Part shown: in pieces, positions 61,570 to 64,000 of the stretch
Position numbering within the stretch: position 1 is the stretch's first letter
Layout: each line of letters opens with the position of its first letter
Source: Octopus bimaculoides
Taxonomy: Eukaryota
DNA: 64,000 bases
Assembly (NCBI RefSeq): GCF_001194135.2
Contig: NC_068986.1
Location: 70,952,605-71,016,604, forward strand
Reading direction: 5' to 3'
Notes under the pieces: generated by a model
The model's database searches: none
What the model was told of the DNA's origin: nothing
The model's input: only the letters and a program-made list of their open reading frames with translations
Position numbers and translations under genes: made by a program

Positions 61570-62300
61570 TTTTCTCTGCGGCTTCTGACAGTTTCCTCTA
61601 AAGGTGTTTCTTTCTTTGTCTTTTCCCAAGGTTTCTGAGTGAGCCCTGGTTCCAACAAATCTTCTGATATCAACCTCCACAGGAAGGCATATTTCTCCAA
61701 TCCAGTATTTTTGAAGAGTTCAACCAGCACTATACATTCTGTCCTTCATGTCATATATATCTTTTCCAAGCGACTGTCCCTGAGATGTTCGCTTCGTAGA
61801 AGACTTCCTTTCTCTGCATCACATAATAAAGTCAGACCTTTTGGGGGTAAAAAGGTGGAAGCAGTGTTTACGGTCAAGGTCAACTGATACTGTCTACGTC
61901 TCTTACCACTTTGGGTGGATCTCCATTCTCACAATCGCTGTCTTGGAACGTTCGTCTTCCGTGAAAAACTTATCCTTCCATTCTTCAATACTTGTGGTTT
62001 TCCGCTATTATTAATTCTCCTTCACCACATCAGTCAGTATTCTAAGCACTTGATTATGCCGCTACGTGTATCTATTTTAGACTGGAGTTGGAGAATATGT
62101 GCCCCACCATTCCAACCACTCCACATTTGCACAGGTCATTCTTCTATATTTCCCAACGCTTTAGGTATGCAGGACTAGAAAGCATGTCGTAGAAGAAGCG
62201 AACCAAAAGACTGCTTCTGGCCGTCTCACAGGACCAAAGTTCTTTCCATCCTATTTTTCACTTTACGACAAAGTCTTAAACTGACTCTGTTAGTTACATT
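61570..62300 (-). mobile_element. Hero/NeSL-like RLE non-LTR retrotransposon, 3' fragment
   Basis: Minus remnants YDMLSSPAYLKRWEI*KNDLCKCG..GHI, RYT*RHNQVL, ISGTVAW (ELTVPWE-like), LPVEVDIRRFVGT, RKLSEAAEK. Confidence 0.7.
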
Positions 62301-64000
62301 GCAACAAATCCGCAGAGCGACTTCGCACCTCTTTCTTCTTTAACTAGTTGTATATAGGAACCCTACATTTCTTTTAATTCATGGCATGGTATAATCTGAA
62401 CGTGGAATTTCCGTGGCCTCCCCTATTAGTTTGCGTGAATCATATTTAAGTGATGTCACAAAATTTTCCATCACCTCAAATGCCCCTCAAATTCTCTCAG
62501 TATTAAGTTCTGTAGGAGAGGAACAGGTGACATAATCGTTCGAATGGCACATATCCTGGATCCGTAGGATACCGTGACTGGTTCTAGTTGAAGGCTTCCC
62601 TGTACGAGGAGAACTGCATCATCCACGTATTCACATATTTTTGATACTATATATACTTTTTTCTTATCTCCCTTTCCTCTTTCCATACTCTACTCTTCAT
62701 CATTTTTATCTAAAGCCCCACAAAAAATCTAACTTGCCTTTGTGATGTTTCCTTTCAATAGACAATGCTGTGTCAAATAAAAGAATTCGTCGTCGTCGTT
62801 GTTCTTGTTTACATTATTGTTGGTGTGTTTTATACGAGGTGTTCTAAGTCTCACTAAAAGACCTCAAGTAACAGCATGTTGAACGTTTGATGTCATTGTT
62901 ATTGCTTGCTTCCTCGTCATATCTGATACCGTTATTACTGCCTCTGGTATTACCAGCATTCATGGTGGTAGTAGGATTTGGTTTAATTGCTTAGCTAGAG
63001 CTACAATTGTATTTATTAGCCAGGATATGTACTGTTGTTGTGGTTGTGGTTGCTATTGCTTTTATTGTTTTTGCTGTCGCTGCTGTTTCTGCTGCAGCTG
63101 TTGTTCTTGTTGTCGTTATTGTTGTTGCTAAGTGATCATTCATGTTGTTATTGCTTCTGTTATTTCTTAGTTTCCAATTTTAGTGGTTTCCCCCCTGTTT
63201 AATAGTACTAATCTTCTTAGATATGGCGTTTTTCTCTTGTAATCTAACCATTTGCCTGTCCAAAGCAGTTTTGTAAGTTTGTCTTAAGTGTTCATGCTTA
63301 TTTTCAAACATTTAGTTGCCCTTTGTTTCATACATCTTGAATAATACAAAGCTTTCCATTCATAAGTCCTAAGTTACTCTGGTGGTTGAAAAATAAGTTG
63401 GGAATGCGTATTATATATGACACATGGCTACCAGGGAAATATGTCCTGTGAATCTCATGTGATACACAAGACAAGTAAAGGGTTAAGGATAGATAATTCA
63501 TATGGCACTTGTACAGTGTCATATATTTTGATGGGGTTGTTTGTGTGTCTGTGTTAAAGTTGTTCACTAGTGTGCAGAGAGTATAATAATTCTAAGAATG
63601 TTATTTGGGTATTTCTTGTTTTTTTCTTATTTAGCTCTGGTTGTTTCATCCATCTTATTTGATAATTAAGTCTCTCTTACAGATATGGTTTACTCAGCGG
63701 GATAACAAACACAAGTATCACTCCCTTTGATATTGTGAAGGTATTTTTTAAAATTCTTATAGTAGAACACTTGTCATTTTTACGCACTTGCTGATTTTAA
63801 GCCAGCGATTAGTTAATTGATTAATTAGTTGACAAATAATAATAAAAAAATGAAAGAGAACAAGTGCGAGTACTTTATTAGCAAAATTACCATCACAAGA
63901 CACAACACCTTTTTCAAACATAATTTCACATCAAGAGTATTACAAAAGAAATAAAAAGACGATTTATCTATATGTTTTACACATAATACTGTACACACAC

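Noticed and set aside
62990-63180. (GTT)/(GCT)-rich stretch that could encode poly-Q/N/T or poly-V/A
   Set aside because: Degenerate trinucleotide low-complexity sequence with no splice or ORF support.

Overview
AT-rich, microsatellite- and repeat-dense animal DNA with eight N-gaps. The SINE families and repeat spectrum point to an octopod cephalopod such as Octopus (inference). Two host genes are visible on the + strand. One is the last three coding exons of a prostaglandin reductase 3 (PTGR3/ZADH2) gene at 1976-3975. The other is the first coding exon (T1 domain to just before S1) of a Shaw/Kv3 voltage-gated K+ channel at 39758-40321; its transmembrane exons are not in the window. The rest is mostly decayed mobile DNA: two SINE families, Tc1/mariner, pogo-like, hAT and piggyBac-like elements, and CR1-, RTE-, Tx1-, R4/Dong-, Hero- and Penelope-like retroelements. 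The most interesting observations are: (i) a ~730-790 bp terminally redundant non-coding element (2 copies) carrying all hammerhead-ribozyme core pieces in a non-canonical block order; (ii) an R4/Dong-like retrotransposon whose two differently truncated copies both sit inside (CATA)n microsatellites; (iii) a minimal type-I hammerhead at a Penelope 3' end; (iv) a boundary in CpG decay near 10-11 kb; (v) two old ~30-bp minisatellite arrays. There are no rRNA, tRNA or CRISPR features. Repeat boundaries were read by eye and are approximate, and all family calls come from recognising motifs, not from database searches.
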